Part shown: in pieces, positions 50,201 through 62,985 of the stretch
How positions within the stretch are numbered: position 1 is the first letter of the stretch
Layout: each line of letters opens with the position of its first letter
Origin: Haliotis cracherodii
Lineage: Eukaryota
Assembly (NCBI RefSeq): GCF_022045235.1
Contig: NW_027266264.1
Coordinates: forward strand, 16,244,001 to 16,308,000
Reading direction: 5' to 3'
DNA length: 64,000 bases
Program-made: the position numbers and the translations under genes
Notes under the pieces: model-generated
Told to the model about the DNA's origin: nothing
The model's database searches: none
What the model saw: the letters and a program-made list of their open reading frames with translations, nothing else

Positions 50201-53200
50201 ACATGAAAAGATTCGAGACGTATCTGACACATGTGCTGTGCATGTATCTACCTACCCTCGTATCTGACACAGGCGTTGTACAGGGTGTAGGCGATGTCGT
50301 TACTGACGTTGCACTGGACACAGAGCCCCGCTCGGTCACTTCTAGTTGACGTGATCGTCAATGACTTTTTGTTTTTGCCGAAAATAAGCTTTTCCGTCCC
50401 TGGAAAACAATGATAAGAGACAATCATGTCATTCATATTTATAACACGCCGCCCAGACAAGTTATGAGACCAGGTGGGACTAGGATAGTTTTTACACATT
50501 CTTTACACATCAGTGACAAAAATTATGTCCGATCCAATTTTGACTTGAACTATTTATCCCGTGATTGTACAGGTAAACACATGTTTTGCCCTTGGATATG
50601 TTTGTGACGTGTGCCACAAGCAGGGCAGGATACGCTCACCTTTTCGTGAACACTTTATTTCTTATTATTATGGAAATGTCCCTGTCGCTTTTGTGTACAA
50701 ATAATAATATCATTTCACTTATATTAATCGAGTTAGGCAATTATATATGTATTATCTAGCAGCTATACTTGATATCACGATCAGGGTTTTGCTGTTAATA
50801 ATGTCTATTAAGATAGACTCTGTTGTATTGTGTTAAGTCACGTTAATCTGAGAATGTGACGTAATACTGTTTTAAGAGAAAACTAATCGAGAAACCAATT
50901 TAAATAGTTCGGGGTGAAAGAAAAGAAAAGGTTTCAGCGCTGCACGGACGGTGGTATTATAAACATATTGCAACAGTTATGTTATTTTGAGATACATTGA
51001 ATGTACAAACATTTATACTGTACAATATACAGGTGGTAACAAAGAAACAATAATCAATTTTGAACCGGAAACAACAAACTGCAAATTTGTCAAGATCAAA
51101 TTATAATTAATTTATAAAACCTTCACTTAGTTTACGAAAGTGTTATTAAAGTCTCCACCTTCATCTTGTGGCCATCCATCAACAAACCATCTGGATTCTA
51201 AGCGACCGTCTTCAGGTGCGCAGTGGTACGTGACGCTAGTTCCGGTGAGGAGGACACGTGACTCAATAGGCTTCGACAAGGCTGGTGTTTCTGTGGAATA
51301 TGATGTAGTCTCAGTCATGATATATAATGTCATGATAGGTCATCCTCATATTACTTTAACCAAGTTTGCTTAATACATAAGCAAATACTTGTCGTATGCA
51401 TATCTAGATGGTTAGTTCCGTCTCTGCAAATGGATTATAGCCTTAAGGCAGTTTTACTTATCATAATGTCTTTTGTCACTTATGTCTGTGTAATTTTAGC
51501 GTTCAACAACAATAGTGCTGAAACAAGTATAACATAATATTTGTTCACGAGACAGGCAATGTGACTTTGATCTGTATGCATCTGCTTAAACTGATGAAAG
51601 GACCGATGCAAATGGAAGTACGACTATTTGAATGTTAGATGTTCTCAGCATTGCAATCTTGTCCCTTCTATCAGAGCTCCTATATCTACTAGTGAGTGAG
51701 TGAGTTTGATTTGACGCCGCTTTTAACATTATTCCAGTTATATCACGATATGGTACCTTAATGTGGGCGGCAAGCCCGAAGTGACGCAGGCCTCAGACGT
51801 TTACCACATTGGAGGAACCCACGAGCACGGGCATGGTGCTGACAAACCTAGAAACGTTATTAGGACGAAATGGGATTCGAACCCGCGATCATAGGTTTCT
51901 GGCGTGCCTAATGGACGCAACTCTCCACTGTGCCTTAGACGACTGGAATGTTGCTAAAAGCGGCGTAAAACCTCTCTCACTCATACACTCTGTGGTTTCT
52001 CATATATACATTTTAGATGAAAACAACATACTTATAACATGTAATTGAATCGCTGATTTAGCTTCTCCTGATGGGTTTTTTGCCGTACAGGTATAACTGC
52101 CACCATCACTGACGCTTACGTTGGCTATACGCAGTTGTTTCCCTTTGGTCTTGGGAGAGCTGTATTTGTGACGGGCTTCGTGGTTGTATTTCCTTGTCCA
52201 TGTTACTGTGGGCTCAGGGCTGAAAGAACGTATACACTAAATGATGACATCCTCGATAATACAGGGTTTAATATCTCCATCTATTCTCATAAATACCCTG
52301 GATCCATTTACTTTGTTTACGAAGTGACGTCATAGCCTCTATCGCTCCTATCTGCTTTTGAACATATAGTTTCTCCCTTAAAGANNNNNNNNNNNNNNNN
52401 NNNNNNNNNNNNNNNNNNNNNNNNNNNNNNNNNNNNNNNNNNNNNNNNNNNNNNNNNNNNNNNNNNNNNNNNNNNNNNNNNNNNNNNNNNNNNNNNNNNN
52501 NNNNNNNNNNNNNNNNNNNNNNNNNNNNNNNNNNNNNNNNNNNNNNNNNNNNNNNNNNNNNNNNNNNNNNNNNNNNNNNNNNNNNNNNNNNNNNNNGATG
52601 TTCCTGTGTTCTATCTCCGCATCATAAACTGTTATANNNNNNNNNNNNNNNNNNNNNNNNNNNNNNNNNNNNNNNNNNNNNNNNNNNNNNNNNNNNNNNN
52701 NNNNNNNNNNNNNNNNNNNNNNNNNNNNNNNNNNNNNNNNNNNNNNNNNNNNNNNNNNNNNNNNNNNNNNNNCAAAATGTAAGAAATTTTGTAAATCGAT
52801 GAACAAGGTACTCACTCCCCACCGAAGCTGCATTCCAGTGTGACGTCATCGCCTTCGGCGGCTGACATTGTTTCAGTGCTGCTTATGAGAACTGGTTTTC
52901 TGTTTACTCGATCTGGACAACAAACGTTACATGCTTATCACTTACACATACAGCCCACCAGGGGCACGGGCTGCAGGTGGTTGTACAGAGGTGCGCAACT
53001 GAGACATGCAAAGATCGAGTGAGTGAGTGAGTTGGGTTAAACGCCGCTTTTAACAGTATTCCAGTTATATCACGGCGTGTCAGCTTAATGTGTGAGGAAA
53101 TCCCGAAGTAATGCAGGTCTCAGACGTTTACCACGGGTATGGTGCTGACAAACCTAGAAACAAACCTAGAAACATAATCGGGGCGAACCGGGATTCAAAC

Positions 53201-56200
53201 CCACAGTCATAGGTTTCTGGCGTGCCCAAGGGATGCAACTCTGCACAGCGAATCGCGGCGCCTTAGACGACTGGGCCATCCGTGCCCCCTGCAAAGATCG
53301 AACACAAAAAAGAATGATTTCGGGTTCGAATCCCTGATTCGCCCTGATTATGATACTTATGATTATGATATCCTGTCTATGCCCGTAAACGTCTGAAACC
53401 TACATCACATCGGACTTCCCTTGCATTTTAAACTGTTAAAGGGCAAGTTCACACGGAAATGAACTATTTTTTCTTGTACTTTTTCCACATTAAAAGTGTT
53501 AACATAGAAGTGTCATAGACAAAAATATAAAAACATCATATTTAATTAACATATTTTTGCACTAAAACGATTTATATTTTTCACATTTACCAAGTGTTCT
53601 ATTTCCATAACAAAAACACCATGGCTTATGTCCCTTGCAATATGACGTCATTGGTGCCAATTGATAAACATTATGACGTCATCATGCTTTGTTAGAGCCG
53701 CTTCACGTGGTGTAGGTACAGTTTTGTGATTCTAGCATCTCAGATGCCAGCCAGAATTGTGTTATGCTGAGTCACCACTGCGCCGGAGTGTGTCGTAGAC
53801 AATGTTGTTTTACCGCAAACTGGTCCTTGATATCTTTTGCGTTGAGAATAGACAGGGACCCAGTTGAATTGGCACCAATTACGTCATAATCTAAGGGGGA
53901 TAACTCAGGCCTATTTCGCTCGTAAAACGAAGGCCTCATAACGGCATATCACTTGCACACTATTGTGAGCTTCCTACTTTCACTGTGAAAAAAAAATGAG
54001 TGTATATTTTCAAACACAGATACTAACTAATTTTAAAATTGCGTTTTGTTTAGAAAAAGAAAGAAAGTGATTTTTGCGTGTACACTTCCCCTTTAAGGCT
54101 TGATACATACAACTGAAATATGATCCGTGCAAGTCTCCACGAACCAGATACGAGCTCACGATAAAGTATCATTGACGATACGTATCTGCTGTCTGGGCAT
54201 ATCAAAGAGTGTAAAAGTGTTGTTTCGTAGATAAAACAAAGAAACAACCTACGTGTCCATGAATCTTTCAAGACAAAGGTTGTATTTCCTACAATGGTTT
54301 GTTGAAGTATTCTGCTGTGCACCTTACAGATGTAGGGCTTTCCAAAGTCAGCAGCTGTGAGGTAGAGGAAGTTCAATGCCCCTGAAATCAGAAGTAACTT
54401 CTTGAGGAGTTCATCTGAATTTTCATTTTTTTAATGACTGGTCTCGCCTACGTAACTATATGACATAACGCTGTTCTATGGTTAAAACCGTAAGTAAATG
54501 TAAGTACCAGAACACCGGTGCCCACAACCATTAACAGTCCTAACTCATTTTCTTTTCTGAAAACTTGAATTTTATCATGTAAAGACTTAAATATAACAGT
54601 GACATATGAACTAAAGGTGTCGTCAACAAAATAGAAATGACGTTTTATTGTTTAGATACATAGACAACAAACGGTATCAACGCTCATTTTAATGTTTTCT
54701 TAAACGGACCGGAGACCCAGCTCAATTTACAATTTAGCTATTCTGTGACCCCGATTCACTCCGTTGTTTGAACTTGGAAGAAATACTTAAATTAATGTTT
54801 AGACACATGTTCAGCAGCACCCTCGATCCACCTCTCACCTAATGCACGCATGTTGGTGACGGAAGGTTTATTCTGAAAATTATCACTTAATATAATCATT
54901 GACACATAATTTATGAAGATTTACTATTCACAAAGTTAAGGTAAAAACGACAGGGTTATGTAACATGAGAAGATAATTTAAATACGGAGGTATCATAAAA
55001 GGAAGTTAAAGGTAAATGAAGAAATTCGTAAAGATAAGAAGGGTTACATTGATATCCTGTTGTTTAAGTAGGTTGTATGGACACAAAATGCAATGTGTGT
55101 GTTCAGTCGGACCATGTACTTATATGCAAACGGTCATCAAGTACCGGGCGAAGATTGTATGTGTTCATTCGCTTTGTATCATGTACATTCCTAGCATACT
55201 CAAACTCTATTTAAGTCACGACATTATCGAGTAAATTACACGTACAATTTTTGGCGCAATTGGGCACCGGTCAGTGGATCACTATGTTCTTTAAAACCGT
55301 CATGAGTTAGTTGAATGTTTAAAGCATCAAACGTGATGACCAGTAAGTGAGACGAGCGTGTAGTCGTGTTAAAAAAGCTCATTGTAACTATGAGTGAGTA
55401 TGGTTTAACGCCGCTTTTTGCAATATTCCAGCAATATCACGACGGGGGACACCACAAATGGGCTTCACACATTGTACCCATATCGGGAATCGAACCCGGG
55501 TCTTCGGCGTGACGAGCGAACGCTTTAACCACTAGGCAATAGGACCGCCCTTCATTGTAAATATGATAGGACATAGTAGATATATCCATTTTTTGTGAAA
55601 TGCTTTTCTTTTCTAAATGCATAACCATGAATTACGAGTTGACAAAGGGCATACCGTCAATATCTATGTACAAGTTTGTAGCTCCTTCCACGTCTTTCTT
55701 GTCTTTAAACCACGTGACTTCACCACGTGGCATGAAGTACTTCGTGACATCACAGGGTAGCAGATATGGATCTCTGATGATGTCATGCCAGTAGTGGACG
55801 ACGGGTATTTGAGTGAGAACTACAAACAGTCATTCAGAATATTATGTTTGCAAATCCAAAACAAAGTTGAAATATATCTTATTGTAAGTCTTATATTTGG
55901 CTATATATATCTGAGATTTTTGGAAGGAGGCATGTGACATTTTTCTAAAAATATTATGTGTTCATGAAATAAGTGGAAACATAATTTTGCCCTGGGGTGT
56001 ACCAAATAAAATCGTTCGATGGAAGTTGCGAACATAGGTGAGTCTCCTTTCAGATTACAGAATGATTGTATCGGGGCAATAAGAACCAGAGAACCACATG
56101 GTTTGTCTCGAATTCTGCAGCGCGGATTGCGGTGCCAAAGTGATGCAGGTGAAACCTACGAGCACGGGTATGGCCCTGACAAACCTAGAAACATATTATT

Positions 56201-58206
56201 AACCTGGATTCGAACCCTAGAGGGGTTTTGGCGTGACAAAGGGCGCAAATCCGCACGGCGAATTGCGGCGCCATGTTTAAAGAACGTGTAGTCCTTGTTG
56301 AAAATAAAATGTTCTACTTAAATACTTTACGATGCAGATAAAGACACCGGTACATCATAGGTGTTAGACTCTGTTTTGCAAGTAGCGGCCTTACCAGCAA
56401 TCTTCAGCACAACTGTCTCTGACAAAAGCGTTCCGTCAGAAGTGTTCACCAGACAGTTGTACGATCCCTCGTGTTCTGCACTTAATTGCCTTGTGAAAGT
56501 GTCTTCCACTTCAGTTGGGTTGTCATATGTCCTATCTGTCTTTAGCGTGGCGCCATCGTAGACCCACGATATGCTGCAACAGTTATTCTCAAATAGGACC
56601 ATTTCAACAATGTGATCTTGGGATCACATACATTACACAGCTGAACTTTCGACCCTTAAGAAAGTACGTGAGGGAGTTCGGTTGACCACCGCTTTGAACA
56701 GTGTTTCATTTATATCACGGCGTGTCTCCTTGACGTGGTAAGACTCCTTTGAATTTACCTTACTAGAAATTGAGCCAAACCAACGGTCAAACGATATGCA
56801 AAGGCTGGGCGACATAAAGTAACACTAACTAACTAACTACTATAATATAAAATGTCAATGCAAGAGAATAACCAGTATTGATTATCCGCCCGCCGAAACG
56901 GATTCCATGTGAGTAAAGAGCAAAATAGCTGTGAAAATGATATGAATGAACCTCTGACAATCAGTGATGACACCAGGTGTCATCAGAGACCCTATATCAT
57001 ATGGTCCCTGGTGTCATACTATAACCAAATAACAAAGGGATTCCTTTCTGTACAGACACGACTGTTGAAACGTCTTGGGCATACTTGTAGAAACAATGCA
57101 GTGTGCCAAAAGTAGCACTTGTAAGCCTCGTTATAGAGTGAGTGAGTGAGTGAGTTGGGTATAACGCCGCTTTTAACAGTATTCCAGTTATATCGCGGCG
57201 TGTCAGCTTAATGTGGGAGGAAAGCCAAAAGTGATGCAGGTCTCAGACGTTTACCACTTCGGTGAAACCCACAAGCACGGGTATGGTGCTGACAAACCTA
57301 GAAACATAATCGGGGCCAACCGGGATTCGAACCCACAATCATAGCTTTCTGGCGTGCCGAAGGGACGCAACTGTGCACAGCGAATCGCGGCGCCTTAGAC
57401 GACTGGGCCACCCGTGCACCCCCACCCCCCCCCCCCCCCCCCTCGTTATAGAATTAATCAGAATTGGAAATGCAATTAAACAGTCAATCGTACGATTCCG
57501 ACTGTATCATGAGCCTGTGTTTATAACGCCGCTTTTAACAGCATTTAGTTAATTCACGGTAGATCTCAGATGCTTACCACTTTGGAAAACAAATACGAGC
57601 ACTGGCTTTGAACAGACCTAAGGGAGGCAACTCGGCATAGAGAAATTTGGCCTCTAAGAGTGCTTGGTTCATCACATACATGATTAACGTTCGACTCAAC
57701 ACATGGGTGCAATCTGTTATGTTGTCTTCAGTCGTAATAGAATGGCATATCTGTGAATGTATGTAAACTTATTCAATAATATTATTGATATGTTTTTGCA
57801 AAAATAATAAAATAATATATTTACGAACAGTTTGTATTCTCGATGTTATTCAATACTATCCTCACGCAAGCAATCGGAATCTGTGTGCATACTTTTCTAA
57901 TTTAAAAAGGCGATTATTTTCCCTGTGGTACTCTATCATTACGGATACTGTAACTGTCCCGTAACTGGTTTACCTTCGAATTCCACTATTAATTTCCTTG
58001 TCAGGGTCACACAGTAAGGTCACAAGGCTGCCTTCACTGACGTAATGAACCTTCCTGTTGACGGTGACGGCAGAACGCGATACCCAAGCACGGACACGGA
58101 TGGTCCCACTGTCTGTTGTCTCTTCGGATGTCCCGGGGCCCTTAAAGCCCAGCGCATTAACACACAACTCTGTCCATAAAGCTAATATAAGAGGGGTAAG
58201 AGGCAT
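45874..58206 (-). CDS. Ig-superfamily type I membrane protein: 4 Ig domains of L1/neuroglian/hemolin type, S/T stalk, TM, short tail; about 516 aa
   Basis: Coding exons are 58206-57974, 56573-56395, 55819-55655, 54381-54253, 52912-52816, 52219-52032, 51290-51159, 50399-50256, 50027-49980, 47397-47319 and 46030-45874. They total 1551 nt, are open throughout and all junctions are GT-AG and in phase. Signal peptide MPLTPLILALWTELCVNA. Ig1 LLC..ISW..GSYNC; Ig2 LLPC..VTWFK..DIDGALNF..YIC; Ig3 VTLECSFGGDPEPTVTW..DGGSYTCTAKN; Ig4 YHC..WFVDG..VQCNVSN. TM LWIVLVPVVLVIIAGIIII, then RRRTR and a tail ending GYYITVY*. The TM-exon acceptor (47397 or 47370) is the least certain junction. Confidence 0.85.
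47777..48105 (+). mobile_element. tRNA-derived SINE family D (CORE-like body)
   Basis: A and B boxes (TGGTCTAGTGG, GGTTCGATCCC), body AAAGATGGTACTTGTTG...GACTGGTCGGCTCGGAGTCAG, tail GCGACGTTAAAC. Degenerate copies at about 43190-43500(-) and 2143-2270(-). Confidence 0.75.
49205..49363 (+). mobile_element. SINE family A copy
   Basis: Nearly identical to the other family A copies. Confidence 0.85.
52385..52772. other. Assembly gaps (52385-52596 and 52637-52772) inside an intron of the Ig gene
   Basis: Runs of N. The flanking exons join in phase across them. Confidence 1.
53017..53289 (-). mobile_element. SINE family C copy
   Basis: Reverse complement of 45073-45346. Flanked by the direct repeat TGCAAAGATCGA (target-site duplication). 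Confidence 0.85.
53440..54092. mobile_element. Non-autonomous DNA transposon with TTAA TSD and AG..CT termini (Kolobok-like)
   Basis: TTAA-AGGGCAAGTTCACACG ... CGTGTACACTTCCCCT-TTAA. Confidence 0.7.
55391..55550 (-). mobile_element. SINE family A copy
   Basis: Nearly identical to the other family A copies. Confidence 0.8.
57137..57421 (-). mobile_element. SINE family C copy
   Basis: Reverse complement of 45073-45346. CCTCGTTATAGA lies on both flanks. Confidence 0.85.
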
Positions 58207-58526
58207 ATTGTGGACAACGAGACTGCAAAAAAACAGAAACATCCTCGATTATCCAGGGTATTGTATCTCCATTCTAAGATTCTATTATGCTTATTATGCT
58301 AGGTACTAGGTACCAGTTCGGCAACTGACTGTAATGTATCAAGGTCGAATGTCTATATTAGAGGCAATCGGAATCATAACGCAGCTGTGATTGGTTCGTT
58401 GGTTTGTTGTTTTAGCGCCGCACTCAGCAATATTCCAGCTATATGACGGCGGTCTGTAAATAATCCAGTCTGGACCAGACAATCCAGTGATTGATATCAT
58501 GAGCATGTGGTAGTGAATGGACACTA

Positions 58527-58635
58527 GGGGCCACTTGCACAAAATGATCTTACCGCTAAGACTATTGTAAGCCTATGTTAAAGTATGGGAGTTAAGATCA
58601 TCTTAGCGCTAAGATCGCTTTGTGCAAGTGGGCCC
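58527..58635. mobile_element. Short MITE (possibly Harbinger-type)
   Basis: TIRs GGGGCCACTTGCACAAA and TTTGTGCAAGTGGGCCC. The TSD is not clean. Confidence 0.65.
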
Positions 58636-59178
58636 AGAAATAAAGAATTATTGGAAGGACATGTTACAGACTATTTGTTTGTCGTTTAACGCCGCACTCA
58701 GCAATATTCCATCAATATGACTGCACCAACCAAGTCAGCGAGCCTGATCACCTGATCCCGTTAGTCGCCTCTCACGACAAGCATAGTCGCATCTCACGAC
58801 AAGCATAGTCGCATCTTGTGGCAAACGTTGCTGAAGACCTATTGTACCCCGGATAGTCACGGGTTGTTAATCGAGGATTAAGTTGTTAGTTTGCTGGGCA
58901 GAAACGTTATGTATTTCATTTTTTCTTCTGTCGTTTTTTTCGAATATTCAGTTTTTACTAGTAGACAGTTTTCATCGAATTCCTGTTTTTATGCGTTTGA
59001 ACAGTGGTCCAGCAAAATGATGCCGACTTTTAAATAGTGGAGTCTAGACCAGATATTAATCCTGTGATTGTTATTAACAGCTACGTCATCGGGATACGAT
59101 TACACGGAAACCACTGCCGCCGAGCCCGACGACTTGATCAATTCTAACCAGGAATTCCTATGGGGTCTATAATTACTG

Positions 59179-59356
59179 AGGGACGGTCGGGTAGCCTAGT
59201 GGTTAAAGCGTTCGCTCGTCACGCCAAAGACCCGGTTTCGATTCCCGACATGTACAATGTGTGAAGTCCATTTCTGATGTCCCCCGCCGTGATATTGCTG
59301 GAATATTGCTAAAAGCGGCGTAAAACCGTACTCACTCACTCACTCACTCACTCACT
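59179..59356 (+). mobile_element. SINE family A copy
   Basis: Nearly identical to the other family A copies. Confidence 0.85.
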
Positions 59357-59495
59357 ATAATCACTGACCAGTTTAGACAGTGTTGGTGAAAATATTTTAA
59401 TGTATTTCTTTTGGCTGATTAAAGTTACGAAGATGCATTTATGCATGATTAACACTCAGAGAGAACAACGAAAATCTCACCCTTCTGTACTCACC

Positions 59496-59630
59496 GGATA
59501 TCTGTATCCAGTTAAACTGTTTGAAGCATCACCTGTGTCTCTTCCAGCACAGCCATGTAATGTTTTCTCTCTAGCTCTTGTCGAGGCTATGCCATGCCAT
59601 AATGCGGCCAGTTGTGCTATGTGAGTGTGA
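59496..59630 (-). other. Probable non-coding first exon of the Ig receptor gene
   Basis: Donor CCG/GTGAGT near 59495. The exon holding the ATG (58206) begins at an acceptor at 58222, so an upstream exon must exist. The ATGs in this exon run into stops. The 5' end is approximate. Confidence 0.4.
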
Positions 59631-59931
59631 CTTAATGAGAACTCCCTACACCTACTGATACACGTGATAAAATGAAACGAGGAAATAATTCTATGATTAT
59701 TGGTACTCCCACGTAATGCGGTGCGTCAACGACACATTTAAGCTTTGTGTTATGGACTTGCATCACCTGGGTCATATAACTGGTACACATTTCCCCGTTT
59801 CCCCATACATAGCTGATTTATCTTCTTATGAAACTATTGTCAGAACATGCTGACAAACACGTTTCGTGTGCCACCGCGACAGCAATATTCCAGCTATAAA
59901 ATTGTGTCAAATACATGTGGATGTTATCAAG

Positions 59932-60094
59932 GAGTGAGTGAGTATGGTTTTACGCCGCTTTGAGCAATATTCCAGCAATATCACGGCGGGGACACCAGAA
60001 ATTGGCTTCACACATTGTACCCATGTCGGGAATCGAACCCGGGTCTTCGGCGTGACGAGCGAACGCTTTAACCACTAGGCTACCCGACCGACCC
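59932..60094 (-). mobile_element. SINE family A copy
   Basis: Nearly identical to the other family A copies. TTATCAA lies on both flanks. Confidence 0.85.
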
Positions 60095-61989
60095 TATTAT
60101 CAAAGAGAATGTACCGTATTTCACATATTGTGAATCTTGATGACATGTGCTGACATTGTTCACAAACTGTCTTGAAACGGCTTTGTGACACTTCAAAGCT
60201 CATAGCACTGTTGTTGAAATAGGCTTTATACCTTCACATTCCCCATGAGGGGAATCGAACTTAGGTCGCGTGAATAACACGGGGGACACGGGCGGCCTAG
60301 TCGTCTAAGAGTTGCTGTGCAGAGTTGCGTCCCTGACACGCCGCGATATAACCAGCTGATCTTGGGGCATGTCAATATATCACTGCAAGCACTCAAAGAG
60401 ATCCTATGTTATCATGATATCTGTGGGTTAAATTTCCATTTCAAAAATATAAACCAGCAACCCCTTAAAGTGTAGAGAAAATAGAAAAATGTATCCAGTT
60501 TTGTAATATATAGTACCTGTGGAGCTATAAGGTTCACCTGATGTTTTTTCAAAGTATGCATTAAATCAAAATTATACGGGTAAGCAACATAAAAAAACAT
60601 ACTTTTCATTATAATAGATACATCAACTTCAGTAAACAGTTAAGAATTGGGTCAGAGTTTTGTTATCCCTCACGGAATTATATATACATAATTTTGCCGG
60701 TCAACATGCCACACCGTAAGATAACCTTAGCTTGCTGCTATAAAAATAGTCGAAAATAGATTGCGATTATACATAATTATAATAAAAAGAAATAACAATC
60801 ACAGGTAAGGCAAACTTGTTATCTGTTAGTCATATTTCGTTTAAAAGAAACAACAATTAAATTAGAACTGATATTAAAAAGATCCTTTATGAATGAAAAA
60901 TACATGTATGAGTACATGCTTGAGTGTAATTCTTTCATCATAAGGGATGCAGAACGGAGGATCCTCGCCTTTCAATAAATACTCATATATATAATAAGAT
61001 GGGAACTTTAATGACAAGAAACACATATGATGTCTTTATAACGAGAAAAATACATAATAAATAAGTATAATTAGCTCCATTAGAGAAAAATATGCATTTT
61101 GAGAGCATTTAAAAACATTGGTCAAAACTAGATAAAAATGTAAAATTTATTTTGAATCCCACTTCTAACAAAACATGTACCAAACATAACCGAGTAATGG
61201 CCATAGATAGCTTTTTTTTAATGATAACTGCCCCTTTAACAAATTCAAGTGAGTTCATTTTGGGGAATAAGCGTGTAAAATTACAGTTTCTTTTGTCTAT
61301 GGGTTGCTGAAGAGATATGGTTTACAGTACGGAAATTTATTTTGTCATAATTTAGGAGTGAGTACGGTAAAGCGCAATGGCCAAATTATAAAATATCGCC
61401 AAGGAGCCCCACTACCAGCTTCAAATGTTGCACAGTACCACACTTTCTTATATTTGGAACGTAACTGACTGAAAATAGCCTTAAGAAATTTAACTTCCAG
61501 TAATGTTAAATCGGAAATGTAAAAATAAGGGTAAAAGTTTACGATATCGAATGTCACATGACATTGTGCTGGGTTCCACTACTTACTACCCATATATCAC
61601 ATTTCAATACATTTAGAAGCAAAAAAAACGAGTAATGACAATAAACGCTTATTTTCAATATGGCTGCCATGACGGCCATATCGAAATTCGGACTCCAAAC
61701 TCTCAAACAAATTGGACAGACAGATATTTTGTTTACGTCTCACAGGCATACATAAATACATAGATAAAACATTTTAAAATATACACCAGTCCTTTTGGAA
61801 TTATGAGAGACTAAATCTAAATTTTATACAAAATAATTACTCTGAAAATAAAAAGGTATAAAATACAATTATAGCTAAAAATAGATGCACCCATTACTAT
61901 GTGCTATATAAAAGACGACGCCTGCGTTCGAGTATTGCATAAGTGGCTTTGGCAACAATATTTACTCAATCAATAGAGGAGAACAAATA

Positions 61990-62330
61990 ACATAGTTTAT
62001 AAACATCACTAAAATCATAATAAGTTTCATTCATCTCATATGCAGTACATTCCCTGGCGTGTCTCAGATCATCATATACAGGGCATTTCAGTATAACGGG
62101 GTCTCATCTTCTGTATCATTACAACACAGTGGGCAGATACGATGATCTACAGGGGGGCTCTCATACCGACCAGTCTCTATTCGGATCGGGGCGACCCCAC
62201 ATCTAAACTTGGCCATAGCACTACGGTGTGATTTTGGTAATAACTTTGTGACATAAGGTTCTGTAGTTTATGCGGATTTAAAAAATCTATAAGTACGGAG
62301 TTTGCCACTGTCGTTTCTCACATTTTCTTC
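61990..62330 (-). mobile_element. Decayed LINE 3' end (CR1/L2-like ORF2 C-terminus)
   Basis: The minus strand reads GKLRTYRFFK..EPYVTKLLPKSHRSAMAKFRCGVAPIRIETGRYE..RICPLC...EDE. Confidence 0.75.
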
Positions 62331-62715
62331 CAATGTTCTTAATACGCACGACTCACGACAGACAAACGGCCATGACTAGTGCCAACAGGACTTCCAGTCA
62401 GGTCAGCTAATACAACATCAACATTTGGAGTGATTTCAAATTTATTTGCAGAAATAGATTACAAGAGGAAGGCAAGCATTATATATACATATACTATTAA
62501 CTCAAATGTTTCACAATAAACCACAATAAAAAAACCAAAACATTCAAAGCTTGAAACACCTAATCTTAGTCATTATAAAAAATACAGTATCTAATTGCGT
62601 GCGCAGTTGTCACTGTGCAATATTTAAGCTATAGGATGGCGGCCTGTAAACAATCCAATCTGGACCAAACAAACTAGAGATTGATCTTAGGGGCAACAAG
62701 CTACACTATCGGGCG

Positions 62716-62985
62716 AGACCCGTGAAGATTCCGGGGTAGAATAGGACTTCAGCAACCCATGCTAGCCGTAAAAGGGGACTATGCTTGTTGTAAACGGCGA
62801 CTAACGAGATCGGGTGGTCAGGCTCGCTGACTTGGTTGATGCATGTCATCGATCCCAATTGCGTGCATCGATTCTCATGATATTAATCACTGGATTGTCT
62901 GGTCCAGACTCGATTATTTACAGACCGCCGTCATATAGCTGGAATATTGCTGAGTGCGGGGTAAAACAACAAACAAACAAACCAA
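62716..62985 (+). mobile_element. SINE family B, near-complete copy
   Basis: Same body as 815-1113, ending in an (AAAC)n tail. Confidence 0.8.

Noticed and set aside
5437-60094. tRNA genes
   Set aside because: All tRNA-like A/B-box sequences are SINE heads continuous with SINE bodies and tails. I found no complete cloverleaf gene.
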